64,000 bases of DNA from an uncultured archaeon (GTDB lineage: Archaea > Asgardarchaeota > Lokiarchaeia > Sigyniarchaeales > SOKP01). The notes under the pieces were generated by a model. The model was not told where the DNA came from, made no database searches, and saw nothing but the letters and a program-made list of their open reading frames with translations. Position 1 is the first letter of the stretch. Each line of letters begins with the position of its first letter. The position numbers and the translations under genes were made by a program. Below, piece after piece: positions 38,302-49,578 of this stretch. The stretch lies in NCBI GenBank assembly GCA_964486045.1, contig CAZALK010000006.1, positions 64,001 through 128,000 on the forward strand. Reading direction: 5' to 3'.

Positions 38302-41055
38302 CTACTCGGAAACTAACCGTACCTCGCCGTTGTCGCCGTTCATTGTAATTATAGATCCATCTTTGATGAGTTTTAAGGCTTTTGGAAGTGATACCGCCGG
38401 TAAACCGTATTCTCGCGACAGGCACGAGAAGTGCGCAAGCATACCCCCAGTCTGGGCGATCACGCCACTAACGATGCTGAACGCCGATGTCCAGCCTGGA
38501 TCCGTGCCGTGACAGATAAGGATGTCACCTTTCTCCAGTCGGCCAATGTCCTTCAATGTGGGAATGATCTTAGCTCGCCCTGTTGCTATCCCACGACTGG
38601 TCCCGATTCCTTTCAAAATATCATCGCTATCATCACCTGCTGCCTCAACCTCGTCCATTGGTATATTACCCTTAAGAAAAAGTGGAGGATCTTCTTCATG
38701 CGTAAGGAAACGGTTGAAAGACTTCTTACGAGCAGCAATTTTTGCCCTAGCAAGTGTTTGTGATTCACTTCCTTCAAGCAGCCTACCAAGTTCGTCTAGT
38801 GAAAGGAAATAGAAATCATTTTCTCCCTCTAACAGACCTCGGGACACTGTTCTCCTTCCAAGCTCCCCGAGTATTTTCTTCTTCCAGAAGGTCATAGCAT
38901 CCCCTGCGGAGCGACCTTCATCGCGTGATTCCAACATAAGCAAACAATAATGAACTAGAAACTTGAAAATTGGTACTTTTACTTCGCCCAATGGCTGCTT
39001 GGAGAGATTCTCGATCACTTCTATAGTTGCGGCTTCTCGTCGTCCCCTCAATTTCTCTTCTCTTTCTTCTGGAGATTCAACATCATCAGTAGTCGCAAGA
39101 AGCCGTAGAGCCTTGTAATCAAGCGTTGGATCCTCAATACGGCGTTGATAATAAATATCTCGGTCGGCATGGCCCCGGTAGAAGTTCATCTCCAAGAATT
39201 CCTCATATTGAGAGAGAAAAGCGCGTCCTTCCTCGTGATTCTTGAGTTCCTCAAAGAATGTATCCCCTCTGAACTCCATGAGTAGTGTACGTAGCTTTTC
39301 AGATTTCCTGATCTTCTCCCCAAGTTTCCAGAAATCATAATCGTCGTTAAACTGATTTGTACGCTCAGGAAGGCCGGTAATCACATCTGTAAATGCGTTT
39401 AGATTATCACCTTTATACCAGTAACGCAGTACACCCTCCAGAAGGGCTTGGATCACGGGACCATAGAGAAAAGAAGAAGCCCAACCTCCTCTTCCAGCTG
39501 CTTTGCCAAAGGCCTTAAGAAAATTTTCCAAGATAAGCTTAATTTCGTTGTCTCCTTTTTTATAAAACTCCTTCAAGGATGAAAACTGTGCTTTTACTTG
39601 GTTACGTCTCTGGTCATAACGTTTCCCCCCCTTACGACTCGCGCGTAATATCGGTCTTCTATTAGCGAAACCATTTACTCCCATCTCGGGATGATTTATC
39701 TCAACGCTGCTATAGATTTTCAATGATCGCCAAAGATCAAATGGTGCATTCAATGCACTTTTCAGCTGTGATGGATGAAGTCGTCGGAGCATGGGTTCCC
39801 TCAAACTTGGCGGAAGACTGTACTCAGCCATGAGCATATCGACTTTAGTGTTGTAATACATTGTACCTCGTGAATATTTCATCCATCGAATCTCAGCCAG
39901 ATCTCCCATGTTGAAAGGTTGGTAGCTACCTCTAGCACCATCACGGATCCAGCGACCACGGACTGACCAGAATAAGGGTGTAATCGCACCAGTCCACCAC
40001 TCATCTGCTGCTGCCCTTGTCCAGATAACGTCTTCCTCTTCCGGGAGTGACGGCCACAAGTCAAGATCCTCTTCCCAAGTGAACTCCACCCCGGTCACCG
40101 GACGGGACTGGAGAAGGAAGAAGGAACCACCCTCCAATGCCCATTCTATGTCTTGTGGCAAACCATCGTAATATTCAGCAGTTTTCCTACCCATTTCCGC
40201 AAGGATGCAAATTTGATCATCCATAAGAGTATATTGGTTCTGAAGAGTAACAGGTATTGGTTTTTGGATCGTACCACTTCCGGATTCCAGATCTCGGATT
40301 ATCTGTAGCTCTTTGCTGCCAAGGCTGCGGCGTTTTACCGTGAGAGAATCCCGATCGACAATGTATTCATCCGGTGTAACACTACCCGATACTACTGTCT
40401 CACCGAGTCCCCAGCTTGAATTGATTACAATCTCATCAGCCCTAGCATTCATTGGATTTCCGACAAACATCACCCCAGCAACATCAGGTTTGACCATTTT
40501 CTGGATTACAACTGCAATACCAATAGATTCATGCTTGAATCCCTTATTATGACGATATTCTGTGACTCGCGTGGTCCATATAGACGCCCAGCACCGTTGA
40601 ACAGCATCTACTAGCATATTCTCTCCTCTCACATCAAGATATGTCTCGTATTGCCCAGCAAATGATGCTCCTGCTAAATCCTCAGCAGTTGCTGATGAAC
40701 GAACCGCCACATATGCCATTTCATCCCCAAACTTCTTGTATTCCAGCATGATCTCTTGGATCAAGCCATCAGGGAGATTGGAACCTGTGATTGCATCTCT
40801 GATCTTCTCTGTCTTTTTCTCCAACTCATCGAGGTTCTCATAATCAAGCCCACCCAAGATCTTTTCTATCTTGAGCTCAAGTTCATTTGCCCGAAGAAAC
40901 TCCGTGTAGGCACCTGTTGTAACTACAAACCCGGATGGAACAGGGAATCCAGCTTTAACCAACTTACCCAAACTCGCACCTTTACCACCCACCGCGGCAA
41001 TCTGGGTTGAGTCATCTGTACCAAGACTAACTAGAAAACTTTCTGTTTTTGACAT
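38302..41055 (-). CDS. PEP-utilising phosphotransferase with rifampin-phosphotransferase-like architecture
   Basis: N-terminal ATP-grasp (VGGKG, AVRSSATAED..SFAGQ, QDIEW, LQSRP), central helical domain, C-terminal His swivel (TDPGWT, GGMLAH..SREYGLP). Confidence 0.88.
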   Translation of the reverse strand: MSKTESFLVSLGTDDSTQIAAVGGKGASLGKLVKAGFPVPSGFVVTTGAYTEFLRANELELKIEKILGGLDYENLDELEKKTEKIRDAITGSNLPDGLIQEIMLEYKKFGDEMAYVAVRSSATAEDLAGASFAGQYETYLDVRGENMLVDAVQRCWASIWTTRVTEYRHNKGFKHESIGIAVVIQKMVKPDVAGVMFVGNPMNARADEIVINSSWGLGETVVSGSVTPDEYIVDRDSLTVKRRSLGSKELQIIRDLESGSGTIQKPIPVTLQNQYTLMDDQICILAEMGRKTAEYYDGLPQDIEWALEGGSFFLLQSRPVTGVEFTWEEDLDLWPSLPEEEDVIWTRAAADEWWTGAITPLFWSVRGRWIRDGARGSYQPFNMGDLAEIRWMKYSRGTMYYNTKVDMLMAEYSLPPSLREPMLRRLHPSQLKSALNAPFDLWRSLKIYSSVEINHPEMGVNGFANRRPILRASRKGGKRYDQRRNQVKAQFSSLKEFYKKGDNEIKLILENFLKAFGKAAGRGGWASSFLYGPVIQALLEGVLRYWYKGDNLNAFTDVITGLPERTNQFNDDYDFWKLGEKIRKSEKLRTLLMEFRGDTFFEELKNHEEGRAFLSQYEEFLEMNFYRGHADRDIYYQRRIEDPTLDYKALRLLATTDDVESPEEREEKLRGRREAATIEVIENLSKQPLGEVKVPIFKFLVHYCLLMLESRDEGRSAGDAMTFWKKKILGELGRRTVSRGLLEGENDFYFLSLDELGRLLEGSESQTLARAKIAARKKSFNRFLTHEEDPPLFLKGNIPMDEVEAAGDDSDDILKGIGTSRGIATGRAKIIPTLKDIGRLEKGDILICHGTDPGWTSAFSIVSGVIAQTGGMLAHFSCLSREYGLPAVSLPKALKLIKDGSIITMNGDNGEVRLVSE

Positions 41056-41297
41056 TATAATCTTCTTATTTATAATAATGAGTAAGGAAAAAATTATTTC
41101 TATAACTCTTTATTTTAAACAATTATTTTTTAAAAACTAAATAATTATTTTTTTATTATCGATATTAATAAATCTTACCAATTACAACAAAATAAATCAA
41201 AATGACTTTGTAATATAGTTTGCTTTAAAATAATATCTTATTTATGGATCAATGGAGTAGATTTTAAAAATATATAAAATCGAACAAAAAGTGTTTA

Positions 41298-41840
41298 TTA
41301 ATATTCAATTCCATATCGAGCTGTTATCCCCTTTGAAGAATAGTAATGTTTTATCATCTTCATTTCGGTCACTAAATCTGCCATCTCTTTTATTTTAGGA
41401 TGCATTTTTGGGCCTCCTGTTAGAACCAACTCTACTTTTTCTGGTTTATTTTTTATTAGCTTTAATACTGGTTCAACGGAGATTACATTCATTGATATAG
41501 CAACACCAACCTCATCAAGAATCACGATATCATATTCATCACTCATGATAATCTCTTCTGCAAAATCGAGTGCTTTGTTTCCTTCATTTATATCGAATTC
41601 CCCTGGCTCTGAAATTAGTTCAGGGCTCCCAAACTGTTTTAACTCAAAATTAGAAACAGCTTTAATGGCTTTGATTTCCCCATATTTATAATTACCTTTC
41701 ATAAATTGTATCATAAATACTTTAAAACCATGCCCGGTTGCACGTATACCTTGTCCTATCGCTGCTGTAGTTTTCCCCTTACCACGTCCAAAATAAACTT
41801 GTACTAATCCTTCTTTTAATCTTTTTCTTGAAATACTCAT
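41298..41840 (-). CDS. cobO: Cob(I)alamin adenosyltransferase (CobO/BtuR)
   Basis: GRGKGKTTAAIG, IQFMKG, ILDE, ADLVTEM, GIEY. Confidence 0.93.
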   Translation of the reverse strand: MSISRKRLKEGLVQVYFGRGKGKTTAAIGQGIRATGHGFKVFMIQFMKGNYKYGEIKAIKAVSNFELKQFGSPELISEPGEFDINEGNKALDFAEEIIMSDEYDIVILDEVGVAISMNVISVEPVLKLIKNKPEKVELVLTGGPKMHPKIKEMADLVTEMKMIKHYYSSKGITARYGIEY

Positions 41841-41888
41841 TTTTAAAAAATCCTTTTTATACTTATTGAAGTGGTTGAAAAAATCATG

Positions 41889-43616
41889 CTATGCCTCTTT
41901 CATATCTTTAGCTTTCTCTAAAAATATGTCAAGAGTCCTCCTTATCTCCCTCTTATTAAATTTCCCAACACTCGTTCTAGGGATGTCATCAACAATTGCT
42001 ATTAATTTAGGTAACATCCATTTTGTTATCTTTCCTTTTTCTACTCCCTCAGTAATAAGGAAATTTATCAAGTCTTCTTCATTTTTGTCAGAATTAGGGA
42101 CAAGTTTCACAACGGCCATAGCTTTTTCTCCCCATACTTCATCGGGGACTCCTACTACAGTTGCTTCAAGGACAAAGTCGGCCATAGCAACTAAGTTTTC
42201 TAGTAACACTGTGGGTACCATCTCGGCTCCACTTCTGATGATATCTGATATCCTATCTGCGATTACTATAAAATCTTCTTCATCAACTTTTGCCAAATCC
42301 CCGGTGTGAAACCAACCATCGTACCATACCTCAGCCGTTTTTTCAGGATTTTTATAATATTTTTCCATAACCCAGGGACCCCGAATAACTATCTGACCCA
42401 GAGATTCATTATCATGGGGGATTGGTTTTCCATTCTCATCAATAACTTCGACTTCAAGTCCTGGTAGAGGTAACCCCGTCTTTACTCTGACTTCATCCAA
42501 TTTTTCTTTAGACCAGTTTCTCATATACTTCTTTATAAAAGCCGTAACTGTTGTTGGTGCTGTTTCAGTCATACCATACCCCGAACTTGCTGTAAATCCA
42601 GGAATCTTCTTTTCGATCTTGGTTTTTAGCCCTAATGGTAGAGCACCCCCACCAACACCAACCTGTACAAGACTACTCAAATCGTATTTATCCAGATCTT
42701 TATACTCAAGGAGTAGTGCTAAAATCGTTGGAACTACACCAACACTTGTTACTTTCTCTGTTTGTACCAACTCGCAGAATCCCTCAACAGTAAACGTGCC
42801 AGGAAGTACTATTTTTGCTGCTATAAAAACTTGGCTGAAAGGTGTACCCCACCCATGGATGTGAAATAGAGGTGTTATCATCAAAGGGATTCTATTCTCT
42901 CCAAGATGTATATATGAGGGATCATTACTAAAACCACCATAAGCAATTACGTGTAATGTAAAAATGTAAAGAGCTCTATGGGTGAACATAGCACCTTTTG
43001 GAGTACCGGTGGTTCCAGTAGTATAACAGAGAGTAGCATAATTATCCTCACTTAAATAAGGCCAATTGTATTCATCAGATTCATTTTTAAGCAATTCTTC
43101 ATACTCGTAAAGGTTCTCTATCTTCGTGTCAGGCAATCCTGGTTTATCCGACATGTAAACGAAAAATTTTACAGTGTCTTTTATTTTATCGTAAATTTCT
43201 TCAAGCAAAGGAAGGAGTAAGTCGTCAAAAAATATGATTTTATCTTCAGCATGATTTACTGTAAAAATTATATGATCTGAAGCAAGCCTTATATTTATAG
43301 GATGAAGCATTGCACCACTACAAGGAGCAGCATAATAAAGCTCTAAATGCCTATGCGTGTTAAATGCCATTGTGGCAATCCTATCACCAGGTGATTCTGG
43401 ATTACCAGGTTTTACACCTAAAGTTTTTAAAGCATTTGCCAGACGACATGTACGTTTATACCATTCAACCCAAGTAAACCGATAATATTTGCCAGTTATA
43501 TGGTTTCTGTAGACCACACCTATTTCATTTGGATAAACTTTTACTGGTCTTTTCATAAACGTTGTAAGAAGTAACGGATAATGTGAACTATATTCGGGAT
43601 ATGTTTTATTTTCCAT
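41889..43616 (-). CDS. Fatty acyl-CoA synthetase (AMP-forming)
   Basis: YTTGTTGTPKG, YGMTET, WFHTGD, PRTSVGKF. Confidence 0.92.
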   Translation of the reverse strand: MENKTYPEYSSHYPLLLTTFMKRPVKVYPNEIGVVYRNHITGKYYRFTWVEWYKRTCRLANALKTLGVKPGNPESPGDRIATMAFNTHRHLELYYAAPCSGAMLHPINIRLASDHIIFTVNHAEDKIIFFDDLLLPLLEEIYDKIKDTVKFFVYMSDKPGLPDTKIENLYEYEELLKNESDEYNWPYLSEDNYATLCYTTGTTGTPKGAMFTHRALYIFTLHVIAYGGFSNDPSYIHLGENRIPLMITPLFHIHGWGTPFSQVFIAAKIVLPGTFTVEGFCELVQTEKVTSVGVVPTILALLLEYKDLDKYDLSSLVQVGVGGGALPLGLKTKIEKKIPGFTASSGYGMTETAPTTVTAFIKKYMRNWSKEKLDEVRVKTGLPLPGLEVEVIDENGKPIPHDNESLGQIVIRGPWVMEKYYKNPEKTAEVWYDGWFHTGDLAKVDEEDFIVIADRISDIIRSGAEMVPTVLLENLVAMADFVLEATVVGVPDEVWGEKAMAVVKLVPNSDKNEEDLINFLITEGVEKGKITKWMLPKLIAIVDDIPRTSVGKFNKREIRRTLDIFLEKAKDMKEA

Positions 43617-43780
43617 ATTTGATCTACATCTTTCTATTTTTTATTTCTTTTTACCTAGTTTCATAATTTATGATTTAGATCATAAAATTATTATTATTTT
43701 TATTTTAATCGATATTCTTTAACCAATATGATACATTGATTTGTTAAAAAAAAAGAAATAGTAATAAAAAACTTATAATA

Positions 43781-45502
43781 TTAGTGGATTTGTGTTTTTA
43801 ATTCCATATTTCTTAGCTCTTTTCTATCTATTTTGCGAACTGGAGTTCTTGGAAGTTCGTCAATAAATTCAACAATTCGAGGATATTTATATCCAGCCAT
43901 ACGTTCTTTACACCATTCAATAATGTCTTGTTCTGAGACATTATTATCCCTGTAATTTTCCTTTAAGACTACAAATGCTTTTATAGTTTCGCCTATATTC
44001 GGATCTGGGGCTGCTACTACCCCTGCTTCCAGAATTGCAGGATGTTCAACTAGTTTATATTCAACTTCAACAGGTAAGATTTTATATCCCTTGTATTTAA
44101 TCATGTCTTTTGAACGACCCTCTATATAAAAAAAGCCATCTTCATCAATTTTTCCAAGATCTCCAGTACGGAACCATATATTGCCGTCTTCTCGTTTTAC
44201 TAGTACATTAGAGGTAGCTTCTGGTCTCTTCCAATATCCTTTCATAATTTGTGGTCCTCTAATCCAGATCTCCCCAACCTCTCCTATTTTCACCTCCTTG
44301 TTCGTTACCGTATTTACTATAATAGAATCAGTGTCAATTGCTGGGGCTCCGATACTCCTTCGTTTGACTTTTGGCATCCAGGCCGCATTTCCATGTGTAA
44401 ATGGACTTGTTTCAGTGAGTCCATACCCTTGACCAACTTTAAGACCAGTAACTTGTTCCCATTTCTTATTAATTTCAGGAGATAACGCAGCAGAACCAGA
44501 ACTTGCACCAAGTAGACTTGAAATATCTCGCTTGGTAAAATCGGGGCTATTTACTAACATCTGATACATTGCAGGAACAGCACCAAAAAATCTAATTTTG
44601 TAAGATTCTATTGCTTCTAAAACTTTTGAAGGTTCAAACCGCAACATTACCATATGAATAGCCAAACAAAGCGAACGAATAAAGCCTGCAAACCCCATAG
44701 CATGGCATAAGGGTAATATTTGGAGTACTGTTAGCTTTCCGTAAATCAATGGCTCAAAAGCTTCACCCCCATTATATAAACCTTGAAGAATATTCATTAC
44801 TAAATTATTATGGGTTAACATTACGCCTTTTGGTAAACCCGTTGTTCCCCCAGTGAATAACATAGCAGCTAAGTCATTTTCCGGGTCAATATCCACATCA
44901 GGAGGTTTGGGAACTTTATTTTCTATAAATTCATCAAAAGAAGGGTAACCCTCTTTTCCTTCTTTTGTTCCGAGTAAAATGATATTATCTAATTTTGCAC
45001 CCTCTTTTATTGTTTTCTTAACCACTTTTAACAGATCTATATGGACAAAAATAGTGTTTATGTTTCCAGCTTCTCGAATTATGTGAGAAACATCTGATTC
45101 TTTAAGAAGTTTATTTATTGGAGAAACAGATGCCCCCGTTTCTAAAATACCCAGACTACAAAAAATAAATTCAGGATTATTCGGTGTGAATATCCCAACT
45201 GAATCACCCTTTTTAATCCCTAACTCCCATAAGGCATTTGCAACCCTATCTGAATAATTTAGCAACTCACGATATGTATATGTTATATCATTTTTTTTAA
45301 ATTCCACGCACACCTTGTCTAAATGATCTTTAATTCTTAATTTGATAAATTCATGCAAGGGAATCGGTTCTATCTTTATTGTCTTCGGTAACTTTTGAGA
45401 TTTAGCAGCGTATCTATGTTTTAACCATGGTCTGTTAGGATTAACCCAGGGAGAATCATTTTCATAATCTAAAAATGGTTTCCAATTTGAATAATCTTTC
45501 AT
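43781..45502 (-). CDS. Long-chain fatty acid-CoA ligase
   Basis: FTGGTTGLPKG, GYGLTET, FRTGDLG, GRSKDMIK. Confidence 0.92.
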   Translation of the reverse strand: MKDYSNWKPFLDYENDSPWVNPNRPWLKHRYAAKSQKLPKTIKIEPIPLHEFIKLRIKDHLDKVCVEFKKNDITYTYRELLNYSDRVANALWELGIKKGDSVGIFTPNNPEFIFCSLGILETGASVSPINKLLKESDVSHIIREAGNINTIFVHIDLLKVVKKTIKEGAKLDNIILLGTKEGKEGYPSFDEFIENKVPKPPDVDIDPENDLAAMLFTGGTTGLPKGVMLTHNNLVMNILQGLYNGGEAFEPLIYGKLTVLQILPLCHAMGFAGFIRSLCLAIHMVMLRFEPSKVLEAIESYKIRFFGAVPAMYQMLVNSPDFTKRDISSLLGASSGSAALSPEINKKWEQVTGLKVGQGYGLTETSPFTHGNAAWMPKVKRRSIGAPAIDTDSIIVNTVTNKEVKIGEVGEIWIRGPQIMKGYWKRPEATSNVLVKREDGNIWFRTGDLGKIDEDGFFYIEGRSKDMIKYKGYKILPVEVEYKLVEHPAILEAGVVAAPDPNIGETIKAFVVLKENYRDNNVSEQDIIEWCKERMAGYKYPRIVEFIDELPRTPVRKIDRKELRNMELKTQIH

Positions 45503-45765
45503 TTAAACCATTAAATTTTTTTTTATTTAGTTTTCATGATTTTTTAGTTTGTTATAAATCAATGATTATATTAAATTTAAACCTTATTGCTTAAAAAATT
45601 AGAATTTTTCTACATCTTCCGATTATTAACCTCACTACTAAGATGAAAAGAAGCAATTTGAACCAAAATTGTTTAGTTAGATTGTAAATTTAAACTTGAT
45701 TTTCAGAGAAAGCTTAAAATAGCTATTTAATCTCGAAAAATTTAATAAAAAAAAAGTAATGATAT

Positions 45766-46653
45766 TTATCTTTTTTCTTGAAACACTATTTCTACTTTTT
45801 TAGATATTCCAAATTTCTCTGCCCATTTTCTCACATAATTAATTCTGTGTTTTTTTGTGATATCTAGAAGTATAAATGCGGGAATTGCTGCGATTGATAA
45901 AAAAAACATAATGGGTAATAAAAGAATTAGGTTTATTATGAGAGCAATTAAATCACTACCTCCTGTAAATTCGGTAATGTATGTTGATATCAATTGATAA
46001 TATGAAAAAATTACCGCAATCCCTGCGTAACCTTTTAAAAGATACATATACCACCCACCTACAGATCTCCCTATGATAGGATTGTCAAGTTGTTTTGTCT
46101 CTACTCTTTCTTGATTACTATAGACGATTCCCGCATCTGAAAGAAACCAAACAGGAGAAAATAATGCCCATGCGATAATATTAGTAATTGTTAATATTAC
46201 GGTAAAAGCGATTATTAAGATAACGCTTGGCATTTCGCTGACATCTCCAATATCATGTACAACCGCATTAGCTATAGTAGTGTTTAATGCAAACATCAAA
46301 GAGAAATTAATTGCCATTAAAGCTGGAAAAATTCCTTTAAATATACTTTTAAATTTCGGCGATTCACGATTATCTTGAATTCCATAACTCATCTTTATTC
46401 CAATTGTTTTCTTATGAAAAAACAGAAATAATGGTGATAAAATGTATCCAGCAAATAGACCACCTACTATAATCCCAAGAGGCCAGAAAACAAGGAATAG
46501 AAGAATAATTTCAACAAACCTTACTCCTGGCAAAAGAAGTGAAAAGTCTTGAGAGCTTCGAGAAGGATTGATTATTATAAATATTATTACGACAAAAATA
46601 GCAAAAATAGCCAATACGATAAGTGATTTTTTATATTTAGAAATTCCCACCAT
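45766..46653 (-). CDS. Polytopic membrane protein of unknown function
   Basis: About 6 hydrophobic segments; WFLSDAGIVY motif. Confidence 0.75.
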   Translation of the reverse strand: MVGISKYKKSLIVLAIFAIFVVIIFIIINPSRSSQDFSLLLPGVRFVEIILLFLVFWPLGIIVGGLFAGYILSPLFLFFHKKTIGIKMSYGIQDNRESPKFKSIFKGIFPALMAINFSLMFALNTTIANAVVHDIGDVSEMPSVILIIAFTVILTITNIIAWALFSPVWFLSDAGIVYSNQERVETKQLDNPIIGRSVGGWYMYLLKGYAGIAVIFSYYQLISTYITEFTGGSDLIALIINLILLLPIMFFLSIAAIPAFILLDITKKHRINYVRKWAEKFGISKKVEIVFQEKR

Positions 46654-46754
46654 TTAATTTCAACCAAAATGTTAGGTATTTATTATTATGTCTATGAAAA
46701 ATTTAAAGATTGTTTAATAAAATGAAAATTTTATAATACAGAAAAAAAGTAGAA

Positions 46755-49022
46755 TTATTGTTTTGACATTTCTGCACGAAATTTATCTTCAGCATCTATA
46801 TGTGTATCTGCTGGTTTTTTATAGCGAGGTAGCTTAATATTTATTTTTTTTATAATACCAGTAAAATCAAAAGGTGATTTATAGTCATCTGTGATGGGCG
46901 ATAGACTATTTCTCCCAATATCAAATCCTGTTGATGATATCATACGCATTATATATGAAACATTAATCGACCCGCAATCTTTATCATTTATAGTAAGTCT
47001 AATTGTGCCTCTCCTTCCTTTTCGTTCAAAATTTACTCCAAGTCTGCATTCTCCAGTTGGAACTATAGTATCAGAACGCACAATGTGATGATCTGTGAAG
47101 ATATTATAGTCAAATACAGAATAATTGTCTTTAATATACCAAACATATCCACAATTCTGAGTTCCCATCGCAACAATTACTCCTGCATCTATTTCACTAG
47201 ATCTCTCAATATTTGCTGTCATTATCCAGCTTCGATTTCCAACAGCAGGAGAGACTTCGGCGGGTAAATGAGCAATTGGAGGAAAATAGGTATATTCTCG
47301 GTGTGCATGAGGGGATCCAAGTTCAAATCTAACCCCAAATAGTTCACCTCTCCTATCATCTAAGGGTAGCACCCCGTGTTTACCAGCTTCAACCCACCAG
47401 AGGTCAATTAGCTTCCTCAACTTTTTAGGATGCTTCTCAGCTAGATTATTGCATTCTGAAAAATCCTCGCGTAGGTTATAAAGCTCCCACTCTTCATCAT
47501 CATATGGTTGTCCCTGTCTATGGACTGTTACAGCCTTCCAACCATCAACCCAGATACCACGATTGCCAAACATCTCAAAATATTGAATGTTCTTTTGAGA
47601 CTTTTCATTAGGATTATTGAAAGTATAAACCATTGATGTACCTGATATTGGTATTTGATTATATCCTCTATATATTGAAGGTGGTTCAATTTTGAGGATA
47701 TCAAGGATTGTCGGTGCGATATCTGTTATATAATGGAATTGGTTGCGCATCCCACCCTGACTTTTAATCTGCTTTGGCCAATGGATAATTAATGGATCAC
47801 GAACACCACCCCCAAAAATATGTGATTTATACCATTTAAGAGGTGTATTACCTACTTGTGCCCATCCCCAAGGAATGTTGGTGTGACTTCGAGGTCCACC
47901 AATATCATCCAATCTATCTTGTATGGCATCTACGTCCTCCGATACGGCATTAAAGTATTTAAACTCATCCATTACTCCAGTAGGTCCCCCTTCCATGCTT
48001 GCACCATTGTCAGCCAATAATATAATAAGAGTGTTATCTAATTCGTCTATCTCCTCAAGAAAAGAGATAAGCCTTCCAATTTGATGATCGGTGTGATCAA
48101 GAAATGCTGCGAAAACTTCTTGAAGTCTTAAAGCAAATTTTTTCATATTCTCTGACAATTCATCCCAAGGTTGTACTCCAGGATTACGAGGGGCAAGTTC
48201 GGTTTCAGGTGGGATAATACCCTGTCGGATTTGCCTTTCATACCATTCTTTTCGAAGAATATCCCACCCTGCATCAAATCGACCTTGATATTTTTCAATA
48301 AACTCTTTTGGTGCTTGATGTGGTGCATGCGTTGCACCAGTTGCTAGATAGAGAAAGAATGGCTGATCAGGTCTTATTGATTTTTGGTCCCGTATGAATT
48401 GAATAGATTTGTCAATGAAATCCTCAGTAACATGATATCCTTCTTCAGGACTGTAAGGTGGATCGATAGGATGATTATCATAGGTTAACTCAGGATAAAA
48501 TTGATCAGTTTCACCTTGCATAAATCCATAAAATCGATTAAATCCACGTTGAAGAGGCCAATGGTCAAATGGTCCTGCAACTGATGCATGTTCCATAGGA
48601 GCTAGATGCCATTTACCAACAGCCATGGTAGCATAACCTTCGTCACGTAAGATTTCTGCCAAGGTAGCTGTATGTGGAGTGATATATCCTCGCATATTAG
48701 GAAAACCAGGATTAAAATTGGAAATAGCTCGCATGCCTACAGTGTGATGATTACGTCCGGTTAATAAACAAGCGCGTGTAGGAGAACATAAAGCTGTAGT
48801 ATGAAAATTAGTGTATTGTAAACCACCTTCAGCTAGACGATCAAAAGTGGGAGTTTCAATGCTAGAACCATAACAACCAAAATGGGCAAAACCAGTATCA
48901 TCAAGCAGGATTATAATCACATTTGGGCTACTGTCCCCTATTCGCTTCGGAGTAGGCCACCAAGGAGTTGAATCATTATGGGTACGACCAATTTTACCCT
49001 CAAATTTTTCATATTTATTCAC
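46755..49022 (-). CDS. Arylsulfatase (Cys-type, formylglycine-dependent)
   Basis: LLDD, CSPTRACLLTGR, GKWH, HAPH, DNG. Confidence 0.93.
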   Translation of the reverse strand: MNKYEKFEGKIGRTHNDSTPWWPTPKRIGDSSPNVIIILLDDTGFAHFGCYGSSIETPTFDRLAEGGLQYTNFHTTALCSPTRACLLTGRNHHTVGMRAISNFNPGFPNMRGYITPHTATLAEILRDEGYATMAVGKWHLAPMEHASVAGPFDHWPLQRGFNRFYGFMQGETDQFYPELTYDNHPIDPPYSPEEGYHVTEDFIDKSIQFIRDQKSIRPDQPFFLYLATGATHAPHQAPKEFIEKYQGRFDAGWDILRKEWYERQIRQGIIPPETELAPRNPGVQPWDELSENMKKFALRLQEVFAAFLDHTDHQIGRLISFLEEIDELDNTLIILLADNGASMEGGPTGVMDEFKYFNAVSEDVDAIQDRLDDIGGPRSHTNIPWGWAQVGNTPLKWYKSHIFGGGVRDPLIIHWPKQIKSQGGMRNQFHYITDIAPTILDILKIEPPSIYRGYNQIPISGTSMVYTFNNPNEKSQKNIQYFEMFGNRGIWVDGWKAVTVHRQGQPYDDEEWELYNLREDFSECNNLAEKHPKKLRKLIDLWWVEAGKHGVLPLDDRRGELFGVRFELGSPHAHREYTYFPPIAHLPAEVSPAVGNRSWIMTANIERSSEIDAGVIVAMGTQNCGYVWYIKDNYSVFDYNIFTDHHIVRSDTIVPTGECRLGVNFERKGRRGTIRLTINDKDCGSINVSYIMRMISSTGFDIGRNSLSPITDDYKSPFDFTGIIKKINIKLPRYKKPADTHIDAEDKFRAEMSKQ

Positions 49023-49403
49023 AATAATTTACCCTTTTTGTATCATATCAATATACTCAAAACATATGAAATTTTATAAAACTATTACTATTTTTTACTG
49101 AATTTTTTATTAAACTTTTATTTCTTAAAAACTTTAAAATGTGTGTATTCATCCTAAATTCTTTAATTAGATAGATGATTATCTTGCGTATATATTAAGT
49201 TTAAAAAATTGATTTAAATCATGTTCGCGAAACCAAAGAAAATTGGGAACTTACAAATTAAAAATAGGTTTGTAAGATCTGCAACTTATGAAGGTTTAGC
49301 TGCTGAGAACTGAACTTCTCCTAAATATTCCTTCAGAAAAATTAGATCAAATTTTAATTTTAAATTTAAACCAAATAAAAAATGGGTGTCTCCGACTGGA
49401 AAA

Positions 49404-49431
49404 TTTTTTAGGGCTTTTATGCCCTAAAAAA
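49404..49431. repeat. Perfect 11-bp inverted repeat (terminator or operator candidate)
   Basis: TTTTTTAGGGC-ttttat-GCCCTAAAAAA. Confidence 0.6.
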
Positions 49432-49578
49432 GCAGAATCATAAAGATAAAAGTCTGATATTAAAGATATTTCGACCTAATTGTATTATTATTTGAGTTTT
49501 CTGATTTTCTAAAAGTAAGTTTTGGAAATGAATTTATCATTTAATAATTTAGAATATACCCTAAAATTTGCTAAAATT

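Noticed and set aside
38302-41055. PEP synthase (ppsA) or a bona fide rifampin resistance gene
   Set aside because: Domain order excludes PpsA, and the central domain cannot be assigned to rifampin binding by eye.
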